A stretch of 64,000 nt of DNA from Fistulifera solaris. Lineage: Eukaryota. The notes under the pieces are model-generated. The model saw nothing but the letters and a program-made list of their open reading frames with translations. It searched no databases and was not told the DNA's origin. Below, piece after piece: positions 47,801 to 59,732 of this stretch. Every line of letters starts with the position of its first letter. Positions within the stretch are counted from its first letter, which is position 1. Location: the NCBI GenBank assembly GCA_030295235.1, contig AP026140.1, positions 496,001 to 560,000 on the forward strand, given 5' to 3'. Made by a program: the position numbers and the translations under genes.

Positions 47801-49732
47801 ATGGAGCAGTCGAAAATGAGTTCGAAGCGAAAGGTGCGTTTTTCTACCGACTTCGGAACGTGTTGTGTCGACATGTCTCGAGACAAATAACTTACCCTCC
47901 TCCTTCTTAGTCCATCGTCCCTAAAAAGGACCAGACATGTCTGCGAATTGAAAAGATGAACGCAGAACGCGAAGAACGCCGTCGCACGATGCTGGAGGTA
48001 GGTTGTTCGCGCTGTAACAACCATCGAAACGCACGTTTTCTCACTCACTCTTTTGGCAGCGCAAAAAGCCCGAGCACAAGAAGAGCAACGGAATATTGCG
48101 GCTGGCAATCCCGGAGATGTTGACTTTATCGGCATGGTCCGTGAATGGCGGGCCGCCCATGCGGATCAGGCTCAACCGTTGGATGCTGGTCCAACGGCAC
48201 CCCCTAAAATCTGCATCTGTGTCCGGAAACGACCCATCAGTGACAAAGAACGGAACAAGAACGATCACGATTCGGTGACCTGTCTCAATCCCGAAGTCTG
48301 GATCCATAGCGCTAAGCTCCGTGTTGATGGAATTACGAAATATCTGGATCATACGTCGTTCCAGTTTGATTACACCTTCCATGAAGACAATACGACGGAA
48401 GATGTGTACAATACCACGACACTGCCGCTCATTGACTTTGTTTGTAGCGGACACGGAGGACGGGCCACCGTCTTTGCGTACGGTCAAACGGGCAGTGGGA
48501 AGACCTATACCATGAGCGGTATCCAAAACATGATGTGTGAAGATTTGTATTTTTTGTTGAACTCTGCCGACAGCGCCTGCACGAAAGAGAATACGAATGT
48601 CATGGTGTCATTCTTCGAACTGTACGGTGGTTACGTGCAAGACTTACTGAACGATCGCAATCGCGTCAAAGTTCTGGAAGACGGGAAAGGAGAAGTCGTC
48701 ATTGCCGGATTGACGGAAGTGGAGAGCTATGGACCCGAGACATTCTTGGAAATTCTGCGCCAAGGGAACAGTGCCCGCACCACACACATGACCGAAGCGA
48801 ACGACGCATCATCACGTTCACACGCCATATGCCAGATTATGTTGCGCGATGCCAAGACCAATAAATTGAAGGGAAAGTTATCGTTGGTCGACTTGGCCGG
48901 AAGTGAGCGCGGATCCGATACCAAATCACACAACTCCCAACGACGCGCCGAAAGTTCCGACATTAATACGTCTCTTCTTTCACTGAAAGAGTGCATCCGT
49001 GCTCTGGATCGTGATGCATCCAAACATGTACCTTATCGTGGATCCAAGCTGACTTTGATTTTGAAAGACTGCTTTACATCCGATCGGGCCATGACGACCA
49101 TGATTGCCACTGTTTCTCCGGGGGCGTCGGCTGCGGACCACTCGCTCAACACCTTACGTTACGCGGACCGCATCAAAGAAAAACGATCTACCGCGCCAAC
49201 GCTTTCTCCTCGACCCCTGGCGACAACACGAAGGCGAAGACCCTCGGCGATGACCAACGTGACAAAGGCGAAAGCTGAAAGTCCGGTCAATGAAATGAGA
49301 ACTAGTCAATCTCGATCGATGGCAGTGTCACGCGTTGAGGTACCGGAGACTACCATGGCCAATGACGACTTGGATTTGGCCGAAGAGAATCAATCTCGTC
49401 CAGAGTCAGAAACAGCAGATGACGATTTGCTGTTTTCTGAAGACGAAAAGGAGGAACCCGCCAAAGACGAGGAATTGAATCAGACTGTACGTGAGTTATT
49501 TGAAGAAGAAGAGGGTGTTTTGAACATGCACATGACTTTTATTGCGGAAAATGCGAAACTTCTTTCCAAAGAAGGAGCCCTATTGCAAGATGTGCAACGA
49601 CCCAACGTTTCGGATGAAGAAATTGAGCGCTATGCCAGTATGCTGGAAGAAATACTCGATCGGAAGGAAGATATGATTGCTGCTTTGCAGCGAAAGCTCG
49701 CCGTGTTTGAATCTCATTTAGAGGCAAAGTAG
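47801..49732 (+). CDS. Kinesin-13 (KIF2/MCAK-like microtubule depolymerase)
   Basis: ICVRKRP, K.(R)VD finger, FAYGQTGSGKT, SSRSHAI, DLAGSER, KEC motif (LKECIRAL), HVPYRGSKLT; two short 5' exons. Confidence 0.93.
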
Positions 49733-50003
49733 ATGAAGTTTGACTTGTTATCGTTTATGTCAGTCATGAGTACTGAGTACTGTGGATTGAAGTTTCACGA
49801 CTGACAGTCATTCACGCGTCCACGAAAATCATTTGACACCTTTTTGTCACGCCTTATTTTTGCGAAGCCAGCATGTGGATTTGTTCTTCGTGTTCGGTTC
49901 CGTGTATTCAAACATGATAAAACAATAGCAATGTGATTAGCGTTTCATTGACCCATTGCGTTATCAGCTTATTTGAAATCATTATTTTATTCATATTACA
50001 ATC

Positions 50004-50351
50004 ATGCGCAACCTTCTTCAACTGATTCTATTCATGCGAGTACCAGCAGGCCTTTGTTTACTATCTCCACAGCACACAATCAGTCGCCGTTTCTCGCAGA
50101 TGCGTCTCTCCATGGGCTTAGAAACCGAAAACCCGCACTGGCAGGAGCTTTACGACGATGAGACGTTAATGGAAACGATTGTGGCGGCCTCGTTCATTCC
50201 GGGCGATTGGATCCAAAGTTTGCCCGACATTGACGATAATACCAAAACGGAGCTTCCTGCGGATCTCAATCTTCCCGAAATTCGTCCCGAAGCGGATATC
50301 GATCATCCCGATTTGATGGATTTCATTCATTCTCATCAGCATCCGAAATAA
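50004..50351 (+). CDS. Hypothetical small protein with a signal/transit-like N-terminus
   Basis: 115-aa ORF with a hydrophobic then Ser/Arg-rich N-terminus and an acidic mature part. Confidence 0.5.
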   Translation: MRNLLQLILFMRVPAGLCLLSPQHTISRRFSQMRLSMGLETENPHWQELYDDETLMETIVAASFIPGDWIQSLPDIDDNTKTELPADLNLPEIRPEADIDHPDLMDFIHSHQHPK

Positions 50352-50622
50352 TTATTTCAGCACATTTTTGTAGAAAGAGCAGCAAGTTCGTTCGTGAATG
50401 TGTTGCAAATGAAGAATCGAACGAAATATACTTGGCTAACTTCTTTGCAGCATCTATATCATAGACAATATCAATATGCTATATGATGATTTCATTATAA
50501 ACTTAATCTGCACTACAAGAACTTTATGAAATATTTTTGAATAGACCATTCCGAGACTGAAAAGGAACTTCCTTTTCACATCCTCAAGAACGGATCTGGA
50601 CACAAAATCAAACAGACAATCC

Positions 50623-51444
50623 TTAGCCCAACATATCGATTGTGAATTCTCGTTTGAACATGGATCGTAACTTCTTGCGCGATCGCGCAGAAAGACGCAT
50701 GGTCTTGCTGTGCGAGCGTTTCAAGCCCATCTTCTTGTCCCAGTCATGAATGGACTGTTGCGTGTACTGACTGCGTTCCATGGCCGCGCGGAAGGCTTGT
50801 ACAATATTCTGGACTTGAGTGGGATCGACCGTAGCGGACTCGACAGTGGCGGGATCGACAGTGGCGTCGACGGGATCGACGGGAGAGTCAACGGCCGGAG
50901 CGTCGTCGACCGCGACCTCGTCGTCGACCTCGTCATCCGTCTCGGCTTCCGTGACCAAGGTCGATTCGGTCTTCTTTTCGAGTTGTTGATCGGTCTTTTC
51001 TTTCTCATCAATCAAACTACTCGCGTCATCAAAATCGAGCAATTCGAAATCGAGTTCGAAGGATCGTTCACTCGATTCACTGAAATCGGGTTTCAGGTCG
51101 TCGTAAAGACTCGACTTGCACGGGGTCACGATTGTTTTTCGTTTCTTGGGATCCTGTTTCGTAAAGGATTTCATCTTCATGTCCAGATGATCCAAGCTGG
51201 GCAGTTCGTAATTCGTCGAATTGGTCGCGTGCGACGGAAACATCTTGTCAATGCTCGATCGACGATTGAAGACGAGTTTCTCAAAGCCACAGTCATTTGA
51301 AGAAGTGTTGGGTGTGTTGGCAGTATTCCATTTCAAAGATGGAGTAGTACCGTACTTCATTTGACTCAACAATTCCCTTTGAGACTGAAGGAGAGCTTCA
51401 AAGGCGTGGTCGTTGGTCGTGTCGTTTCTCGATGCAATTTGCAT
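50623..51444 (-). CDS. Hypothetical protein with basic C-terminal motif (QQSIHDWDKKMGLKRSHSKTMRLS.RSRKKL)
   Basis: 273-aa ORF with a disordered acidic middle. I recall the C-terminal motif from diatom hypothetical proteins; this is not verified. Confidence 0.7.
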   Translation of the reverse strand: MQIASRNDTTNDHAFEALLQSQRELLSQMKYGTTPSLKWNTANTPNTSSNDCGFEKLVFNRRSSIDKMFPSHATNSTNYELPSLDHLDMKMKSFTKQDPKKRKTIVTPCKSSLYDDLKPDFSESSERSFELDFELLDFDDASSLIDEKEKTDQQLEKKTESTLVTEAETDDEVDDEVAVDDAPAVDSPVDPVDATVDPATVESATVDPTQVQNIVQAFRAAMERSQYTQQSIHDWDKKMGLKRSHSKTMRLSARSRKKLRSMFKREFTIDMLG

Positions 51445-52359
51445 GGTCGGAATATATCTAGAATAAAAGAGGGCGAAAGTTGTGCGACGGCGTGATATTC
51501 CAAGCTGGGTTGTTGCTGGAAAGACGACGGATTGAATGGTTTGCTGGGTAGCAAATCACAATCGAAGGAATGAAAGGAAAGAAAGGAAAATGAACCTCCG
51601 ATGTCGTGTCGTCGCAATGGAGGGAGGAAAAAACCTCCATTTCCCGCACGCCAAAGAAAAATTATTTCACCCTTGAACCAAGGGCATCAGGGGCTTTAAT
51701 AAACCTCTCGTAGTAACTGAGGTCATGGGCATTGTGGAAGACATTATTTTGAGACGCCAAGTATTGCCCTAAGTCATAAACATATTGCAGCTAGATTATA
51801 TTACGGAGTATATAACAATAAGCGGCCCAATCTTGTTTTGTGAAATGGAACTACAGTCGTTTCAATATGTAGCGGCGGTTTCGAGTCTTTTCAATACACA
51901 AGAAAACATAAGCCCAAATTGGTCGTGTGTCTTGCTTCGTACTGCAAGGTAGAGTCATATTTCGCAATTATGGAATTTCCGCGTTGAAGATGATACCACA
52001 ACAAGAACCTACCATAAGATGTTTCATGTTTAACATAAACATCTGGTACGACAGCTTGTCACTAAGTGGAAAACAGAATATGTTTGTCGCATAATGTCAT
52101 GCATCATGTGGACGAGACGTGTTGGGTGGATTTCACGAATACAGGAAACCAGTTCCCACTTTGCTTCCCACATCGTTGCATCGAGGCTTAACGAGACAGA
52201 GTCTTGCCACGAGTATACAGTGACAGAAACAGCTAGGAAAACGACAAACGTGCAAGAACGCGATGTCACACAATAAACACATTATGATAGATCTCGCGTG
52301 GGAAAACCGACAATCATTCTTTGCAGAGCACGTTTCTCGCTCCAAAAATCGAACCTTGT

Positions 52360-53522
52360 TCACTTAAAAACATTCGTTTTGCCTCTCGTTATAATTTCCC
52401 CCGTTGGCAGCATGAAACGAGTCGGTAATTGCCAGCCGATGATAGAAATGTCACCTTGCGCATCCTCTAATGCATCCAATGGGGCGTGGCCGAACCAATA
52501 TAGGACAAGTCCGGGACCAAAGCGATGAATATAAGATTCCGCCTGCGCCAAGACCGAAACACGATGCGTATCCACGTCACCAAATAGCGCCTGAATAGCC
52601 GAATGAGCAACAATGGCAAATGTCAACCACCCACAACAATACACTTACCTTGGAATCGATCCAATAAACCACTTTCCACTCGGTGCCATGTTTGGTAGAG
52701 ACCTCGACGGACAGAGGGTAGGACAAGAGAATATCGGGCGTTCGAGAAGTACCGCGATGTCGTAGCTCGGTCTCTGTTTCAAAGGGAATATCTGAAAAAC
52801 AACAGGGTCAGAGGGTCGCGAATTGCATCACACAACCAATCGTTGGCGTCTTACTTAATTCTTTGAGCTGATATTCGAGAAGCACTTCGTATTCGACGCC
52901 GATAAGATGGCGCTGTCGGTCGTGCGAAGGCCCGTACATCGGATCGCAGTCAATGGCTCGGAGTACTTCGGCCGCTAATCTCGTACCATCTTCCGTATTC
53001 GAACCCACTTCTTCACTGTACGCGTATTGCTGTTTCAAGTCCTCTTTGGTTTTCAAAACCGCAGCAGGATGTTTCATCGTGGCCGACAAGGATTTTTTAT
53101 TGCTTCCGTGTCGCGAGATTTCTTCCACCAAAAAACGACTCAATAGGTACGGCGGATAATTGACTTGCCCGGCGAGAGCCACAATCGACTGACCGTCACA
53201 ATAGCGCTGAAGAATGCCCTTGAGTGTTGATTTGACGCGCGGAGCTGCTTTTTGACGTGATGCAAATGAAGATTTCGCAAAAACGACACGAGAGACTGGA
53301 ATGGTACAACGAGCTTCTTTGAGATTACATACATACAACTATACCAAGAAACAACTCTTTCTAACGTACATCGTACGGAAAGCCGTATTTTGTTTCCAAA
53401 TTCAAGAGTTCTTCGTTGAATTTGACACTGTCAAATAGGAAATCCTGGCCCTCCGAGACACTTTTTCGAAGCAGTTTATCGACAGTTCCATAATGTCTAT
53501 GCTCCGGTGGGAGAGAATCCAT
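52360..53522 (-). CDS. CDIN1: CDAN1-interacting nuclease 1 (C15orf41/TPD domain, PD-(D/E)XK fold)
   Basis: GVEYEVLLE, FETE.ELR.RG..RTPDILL, WIDSK|ALFGD...H, Y..RFGPGLVLYWFG; about 3 introns. Confidence 0.87.
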
Positions 53523-53806
53523 AACAGCGTATTTATTATTTTTTCGGTGTTTTGTGTCAAACAGTTCGTTCGCTACAGGATTGCAGGATGGTGATATTGG
53601 ATGAATAACAAGCACGATGATGGTCGCAAGTGTCGAAGCAACAGAAAAAGTAAAAGGTGCAAAACGCTCCATAAAACAATAAGCACATTAGCGATAGTGT
53701 TAGAAGATACTTCCCCGTTCCCCCCTTCATTTTTGATTTTCACTTAGCAAATTATTAGTCGTACTGGTAGCGGTTATAGATTGTTTCGCGGCGAGGATTT
53801 TATTCC

Positions 53807-53887
53807 GGAAACGACGTTAAAATTCTGCCTCGCCGTAGGGTCTACGTAGAAAATTGTACCTAGAGGCAGAATTTTAACGTCCTTTCC
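53807..53887. repeat. 25-bp inverted repeat (24/25 match) with a 31-nt spacer, in a divergent promoter
   Basis: GGAAACGACGTTAAAATTCTGCCTC (53807-53831) pairs with GAGGCAGAATTTTAACGTCCTTTCC (53863-53887). Confidence 0.9.
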
Positions 53888-54048
53888 CCGTTCGAAAGAC
53901 CGCGAACACGAGACGACGAAGTACCTTTTAATCGCTTGCTGGAGCGATTGTTATTTATTTTGTTTCGTTCTCAAAACATCTCCTCGAACACACTATTCAT
54001 GTCTCAACCCTTTCATATTGACAATACACCACGGACATAGTTGGAAAG

Positions 54049-54678
54049 ATGTCGGTTGGCAAACACATCCCAACTCTTTTCTTTTTCACGGCGGCCTTGG
54101 TGTTTGCGTTATTTCGATGCAAAGACATGATACTAGCCAGCAACAATGAATCGACTACTGTTCCAACTGTGCCATTGAGAGTTGTTACGCCGGAAGAATT
54201 GGCTACCAAGACCGCAGAGCACGGCGATGTCTTATGGCTCTCGGTCATGGGAGAAGTCTTTGATGTCTCGAAAGGGCGGGAATTCTATGCCGAAGGTGGA
54301 TATTCCGTCTTTGCGGGTCGAGACGGCAGCGTCCCATTTGTAACGGGAAAGTTCACTCCCGAAGAAGCCGAGAAATCCATCGAAATTTTGGAACCCGCAC
54401 AGCTCAAAGCATTGGATGACTGGCGGGCATTTTATGTGAAAGAGGAAAAGTACCCACAAATCGGTTGGCTGGAAGGTTATTTGTATGACAAGGAAGGCAA
54501 TCCCTCCGAATTGCTGCAAAAAGTACGAAAAATAGTAGAAGAACAAAAGTTGATCGCCAAAGATAAAGAAGCGGAACGACAAGAGAAAATTAAGGCCCGG
54601 AAAGAAAGAAAAGAAAAGGAAAAAGCCGAAAAGGCACGGAAACAGAAGTGGCAGCAGGAACAAGCACAAAAAAGCTAG
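54049..54678 (+). CDS. Cytochrome b5-like heme/steroid-binding (MAPR, neuferricin-like) protein
   Basis: N-terminal TM segment, LWLSVMGEVFDVS.G..FY..GGY..FAGRD.S..F.TG, W..FY, Y..IG.L.G..YD..G. Confidence 0.88.
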   Translation: MSVGKHIPTLFFFTAALVFALFRCKDMILASNNESTTVPTVPLRVVTPEELATKTAEHGDVLWLSVMGEVFDVSKGREFYAEGGYSVFAGRDGSVPFVTGKFTPEEAEKSIEILEPAQLKALDDWRAFYVKEEKYPQIGWLEGYLYDKEGNPSELLQKVRKIVEEQKLIAKDKEAERQEKIKARKERKEKEKAEKARKQKWQQEQAQKS

Positions 54679-55354
54679 AGGTGGCCAAACAGACACGGAG
54701 CTTTGACCTCGCTAGTTGACTAGAGAACCAAACATGGAAGTTGTGATGTGGAAAGCCAGCCAAAGACTTGTCTTAAAAAAATTATCACTTTTCGATGATT
54801 CATCGCCCTTCATCCATTAGCTGCTCAGAAGCATATTGTTAGATTTATCTAGACACATTAAAGAGTGCTCCTTCACCTATCTCTTTAGTTCCCTGCGTGA
54901 GAGCTCGGGAAGCGACATCGACATCATGGGTGGATGGATGAAGTTGCATGACGTCATTATGACGGAGGATCAAAATGTTTACGTAGAGACGGAGTACTCC
55001 GCATTTTGTATGGTATTTATCGCACCGATACTAACTAGTAGGAACGTGCACAGCCCACTGGCTTTCTTAAAGTACGATCGGCGAGGCGAATACAAAATGC
55101 TATGCTGGGCTGACGCGAACCCTTGATAAAAATAGCCATCAACACGTTCCTCGCACCTCTCTTTCGACATATGGTTGATGGTCCTGGTGAAAGAGATTCG
55201 TTGTGTGATGAATTATCACGGAAGTGCTCCTTAGAATCTTATTATCCAGTTAGCGCTACAAGAATCTTGTTGAAACAAAGGAAATCCGGAAGGCCCGCTA
55301 ACAAAACATAGAGTGGCGTTCGATACCTTTCCAATTTACGATCCAACGAAAACA

Positions 55355-56761
55355 ATGACTACCTCCGACCCTTTCGGATTGGCTTCCGATGATTGCTGTT
55401 CACCAATGCATCGGATACTGTGGACGTATGTGAAAGAATATTTCTACTCGGTCTGTGCCATCGCGCTGACATCGGTTGTCGTGGGTGGTTTTCTTTACGT
55501 CAGCAATTCGAGGAGGAGGAAATCTCTCGCTCGCGAGCTCGAAGATGCACGAGCGAAACTTCATTACTTGCAAGAGAAGTTGCTGCGAGAAGAAGAGGAC
55601 TCAACGAACAAGGAAAAGAAGAAGAAAAAAGAAATTAGAATATTCATCGATGGGGCGTTTGACATGCTTCATTTTGGCCACATGAATGCGTTCCGATTGG
55701 CTCGATCGCTCGGCACGAAACTCATCGTAGGTGTCAACTCCGATGACTCTATTACTCAGTGCAAGGGTTCACCTTTGATGAGTGAAGAGGATCGAATTGT
55801 TATGGTATCTGCCTGTAAATTCGTTGACGAAGTTGTTCCGAACTGCCCTTACATTATGAATGAACAATATCTCGACTGGGTCATCAAAACCTACAACATT
55901 GATTATGTCGTCCACGGATCGGACCCATGCATTGTGGATGGAAAGGATGTTTATAAGGCTGCGAAAAGACCGGAAAATATCGCAGCATACCTCGAACGGA
56001 AGGCGTTTCGACGACGGATATCGTTGGACGTATGCTGCTGTTGACGAAGCAACATCATTACCAAAACGTCGACGACGAAGCAGGCGATAGTTGTAAGCAA
56101 GAATCTGCTAGTCGTCAATCCAAGTTTCTGACGACCAGTCGTATGTTGCAGCTGTTTAGCGCTGGTGTTCATGCACCAAAACCTGGTCAAAGGGTAGTGT
56201 ATGTGGATGGAGCATGGGACCTGTTCCATCCGGGTCACGTTTCCTTTTTGAAAGAAGCGAAAAAGGTGAGTTAAGACCGTTCCTCATTCAAAGCTTGTAA
56301 GCAAAGAATTTGCTCTAACAACTTTTCATCGCACACAGAGGGGTGATTATTTACTAGTGGGAGTTCATGGTGATAACGCAGTCAATCGACAACGAGGAGG
56401 AAACCTGCCGCTTATGAATCTTCACGAAAGAGTTTTGGCTGTTTTAGGGTGCAGATATGTGAACGACGTCGTAATTGATGCACCATACAATATTACACAA
56501 GAAATGATTCAAAGCCTAAACATATCCGAGGTGGTAAGAGGCTCGTGCAGTGACGATTTATCTCTCGCCAAAGACGACGCGATGCGTTATGAGGTGCCCA
56601 TAAAATTGAACATGTTCACAGTCATCACGAGTTCCAACTCTTTCAGCATTCACAACATTATTCGGCGGATACAGAAGAACCACGACTCTTTTCAAAAGCG
56701 GTTTGAGTGCAAGCAAGAAGCAGAGAACGAGTTCTACCGTAGCCAAGTTTCTTCCCGCTGA
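55355..56761 (+). CDS. PCYT2: Ethanolamine-phosphate cytidylyltransferase
   Basis: Two cytidylyltransferase domains (DGAFDMLHFGH and DGAWDLFHPGH), PRTEGVSTTDIVGRML, PLMNLHERVLAVLGCRYV. Intron about 56266-56339; one-base break in an A4 run near 55965. Confidence 0.93.
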
Positions 56762-57064
56762 TCAAGGTCGTGACCTACAGTGCTTTGTATCAAAGCGTGC
56801 GCCTGGACTGAACTTCGTTTGATCAATATTTTTTATTGTTGTACTTAATATGCATGGTGAGGAGTTTAAATCTTAATTAGTATTTAGATTATTATGGATA
56901 GGTCAAGGGGTAGTTTAATGTGGCAGTTTTAATATCTAGCCTGCCAGGTCGGTTGTGACAGCTTTATAATCAACAAGAATTGAACATGTATCACGTTTGT
57001 GTGGTACCAATCTGCATACTCGTGTTATTGTTGGCTGCTATTGACAATGTTGAGCCAAACGCCT

Positions 57065-58954
57065 TCAGTCTCTTCGCGTTTGCTGTTTTTGTTTGTGGCG
57101 CTTTCTCGGTGGTCCCTTGCTGGAACTTCCGGCTCTTCGCTTTTCATCAACCGCGTCACTTCGTCTGTGTGGATTCCAATCCACTTCTTCAGTAGAGCTG
57201 CCGTGTTGCGAAACCGAAGACGTATCCGTGACAGTTGGAACTCGAGTAGCAGTTTGTCCCAAAGTAACCCGCGGGTCTTTTCCAGCTTGTTCTTCATCTT
57301 GTGATTGCAGAGCCTTTAAGTAAGACTCTTTCAACGAAGACAAAAAACCGACTAATATGGAACCATCGGTCTGGCTCTCGTCGTTTCTCTCTTGCCATGA
57401 AGGTCGTTCTGGGAGTGATGACGACATCGGTTTCTGAACGGGAAGCGATGAAACAGACGCGTTTGCAGCTGGTAGTTTTGACGCGATTGTCATCGGTTGG
57501 TTAATGCGCTGCCCATGCGTTGACGAAGGCGCCACAGGCTGCCCAAGTGATGACACGTGCATGTCATAAACGTTCTTCAGTTGACTGATAAATGGATTTG
57601 TCACGTTTGGGTTCTTGCCCTGTGAATTTGTATCTATAAAAGTAGGCGCCAAACCTTGGGTGCTGTGCGACGTTGTATGGGCGTACGCCGGCGGATTAGG
57701 CATTTGCGGTAGCGAGATGGAAGTGGATGGCATTTGTGAAGATGGCGCCATTTGGGTAGAAAGAGGTGGGGCTGCTTGAGGTTGTGGAGTAGCAGAAGCA
57801 GCGCCAAGAAGACCGGCAAGAAGCGGTAAAAGCGCGGCAGAAGCATTGGTGTTGCTTGGTTGATAGGAAGCAGTACCAGCAGGCGCAACTGGGGCACTGG
57901 CTGTGGCTAGTAGTTGTGCCAAAATCGGAAGGAGGTAGGAAGTATTCTGATTTTGAGCAAAAGAAGTTTCGCAAGTTCGAGCGCATTTGATTGCTGCTGC
58001 GGCCTGGAAAGAGAAATTAACGTGAGTATCACCATGATTCAACTCTACGAACGTCTGCGCGATAACTCACATCGAAGGTGCGGTTTGGTTTTGGTACATG
58101 GTTGCTACATTCGAATGATTCCATGATGGGGGAGTTGGGATTTGATTGTGAGTTTCAGAGGGCGGCCGGCTGGTGCTTGCGAGACTGTTGAAAGCATTTT
58201 GCAACCCCATTACTGAATTCATTTGATCAAGCATTTGCGTCACATTTGAATGCGTCGTTAAAGGAACTGCATCATCTTGGACACTGGTGGAAGCAAATGG
58301 GAGACCCGAGTAACCCTCCTCGACTCTCATTCGGAATCGATGCTCCAAGTCGTCTAGCTGAGTTCTCGCAAGCTGGATTTCTCCTATTGTCGGCGGAGCA
58401 TGCTCACGGTATTGGTAGGCTCGTCTTCCGAGACAAGCCGCTCCAGCGTATTTTTGGTGATCCTCATGGGATCACAGTTAAGCTTTTCCGCCAGATAAGA
58501 GCGCAGGGTGTATCCTTCAGGTAGGATCAGCAAACCAGTACTAAAATAATGGATGATGCGGGACGTATATTCCTCTTCCTCCGGCTACAGACGAGCATAT
58601 TAGCTACTGTTTATGCAACGATGAAGCATCCTGGCGCTGACAACTTACCGTCCATTTTCCTTTACGAAGCATCGATCTTTCTTTCGCACTGATTCCTTTC
58701 TTCTTCTTTGGCAATTTTAATGTAGAAGAACCTTCTTTGCCCACACTAGCCTCCTCCTCGTCCCCCGATATATCCGAAGTCTGTGACGAGCTCGCAATCG
58801 GAGGGCCATCCTCTGAATGTGTTCTTGTCATTCCTTGAAATTCCACTGTCCTCGAGACCACCGGATTCGATGGCCCACCCTTCCGTTGCAAAGGCTCTGC
58901 TGCTGATCCTGATTCCTCTTCAGACACTTGAGCCGTCTCATTTAAATCGGACAT
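57065..58954 (-). CDS. Myb-like/helix-turn-helix putative transcription factor of a stramenopile-type family
   Basis: The spliced product reads LRKGKWT|PEEEEYTSRIIHYFSTGLL.LPEG.TLRSYLAEKLNCDPMRITKKYAG, followed by a long S/P/Q-rich region; two introns. Confidence 0.75.
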
Positions 58955-59532
58955 GGTGTGGTGGTGGATAATGGATTGGTTTTTTTTGGAAGGGTTTGTA
59001 TTTGTTACCCTTGATTCCAGGCATTTCTTCAACTCCAATGTGGTTGCACACGGTAATTTCCAACATAACGTGTTTCCATCTTGCACACAAAACACACCGC
59101 ACTCGCCGTCCTCAAAGTAACGAACGAACGAAAGTTTGCAGTTTCAAACTGTCAAACAGAATGTACCCCAATTCTTACATCAGAAAGAACAAAGAGTACT
59201 CACTACGTACGTCATTTTGAATGTTTCTTATTTTGAATTGAAATTTCTACAGAAAGACAGAAATAACGAAGGTTTCTGAATGAAGTAAGTACGCACAACG
59301 ATGAGGTAGGAAACTCAGATCTGACGTATGAGAGTGAATGCTTGTCCGAGTGCCGGTTGAAAGCCGTCAAGCAGGAATGTAAAAAAAAGTGTACGATTTG
59401 ATGGTAGTGATACACGTCGGACAGTGTGCGTTGTCCGTTTCCCGAAACGTGGTGATAAAGGCAAGGGAGCCGAAAACAGTTAAGGTTAGTGTTTTAGTTG
59501 TAAAACCGGGTCCTGCTTCCTGCCACCTTCGT

Positions 59533-59582
59533 ACGTCCAACGTTCGTCTGGAAACGAACGTCCAACGTTCGTCTGGAAACGA
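59533..59582. repeat. Perfect 2 x 25-bp tandem repeat upstream of NOG1
   Basis: ACGTCCAACGTTCGTCTGGAAACGA at 59533-59557 and 59558-59582. Confidence 0.9.
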
Positions 59583-59732
59583 AAAAAAGAAATGCAAGCC
59601 AACCAAAAATATCGTCCGCGACGACGAAACCCGAGAACATTGCAAAACCAAAGTTTTTCTTTCTCCCAATTCAATTCAAAAGAAGCAGTTGTTTTCAATT
59701 TCTTGTTGCTATTCTTTCTTGATCAGTCAAAC

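Noticed and set aside
54987..55000. ACGGAGTACTCCG / TACTCCGT words suggesting Stowaway-like MITE ends (also ~9264, 11117, 51803, 62035)
   Set aside because: No paired terminal inverted repeats at element-like distances could be identified.
59533..59582. CRISPR-like repeats
   Set aside because: Only two adjacent units, no spacers, no cas genes, and a eukaryotic context.
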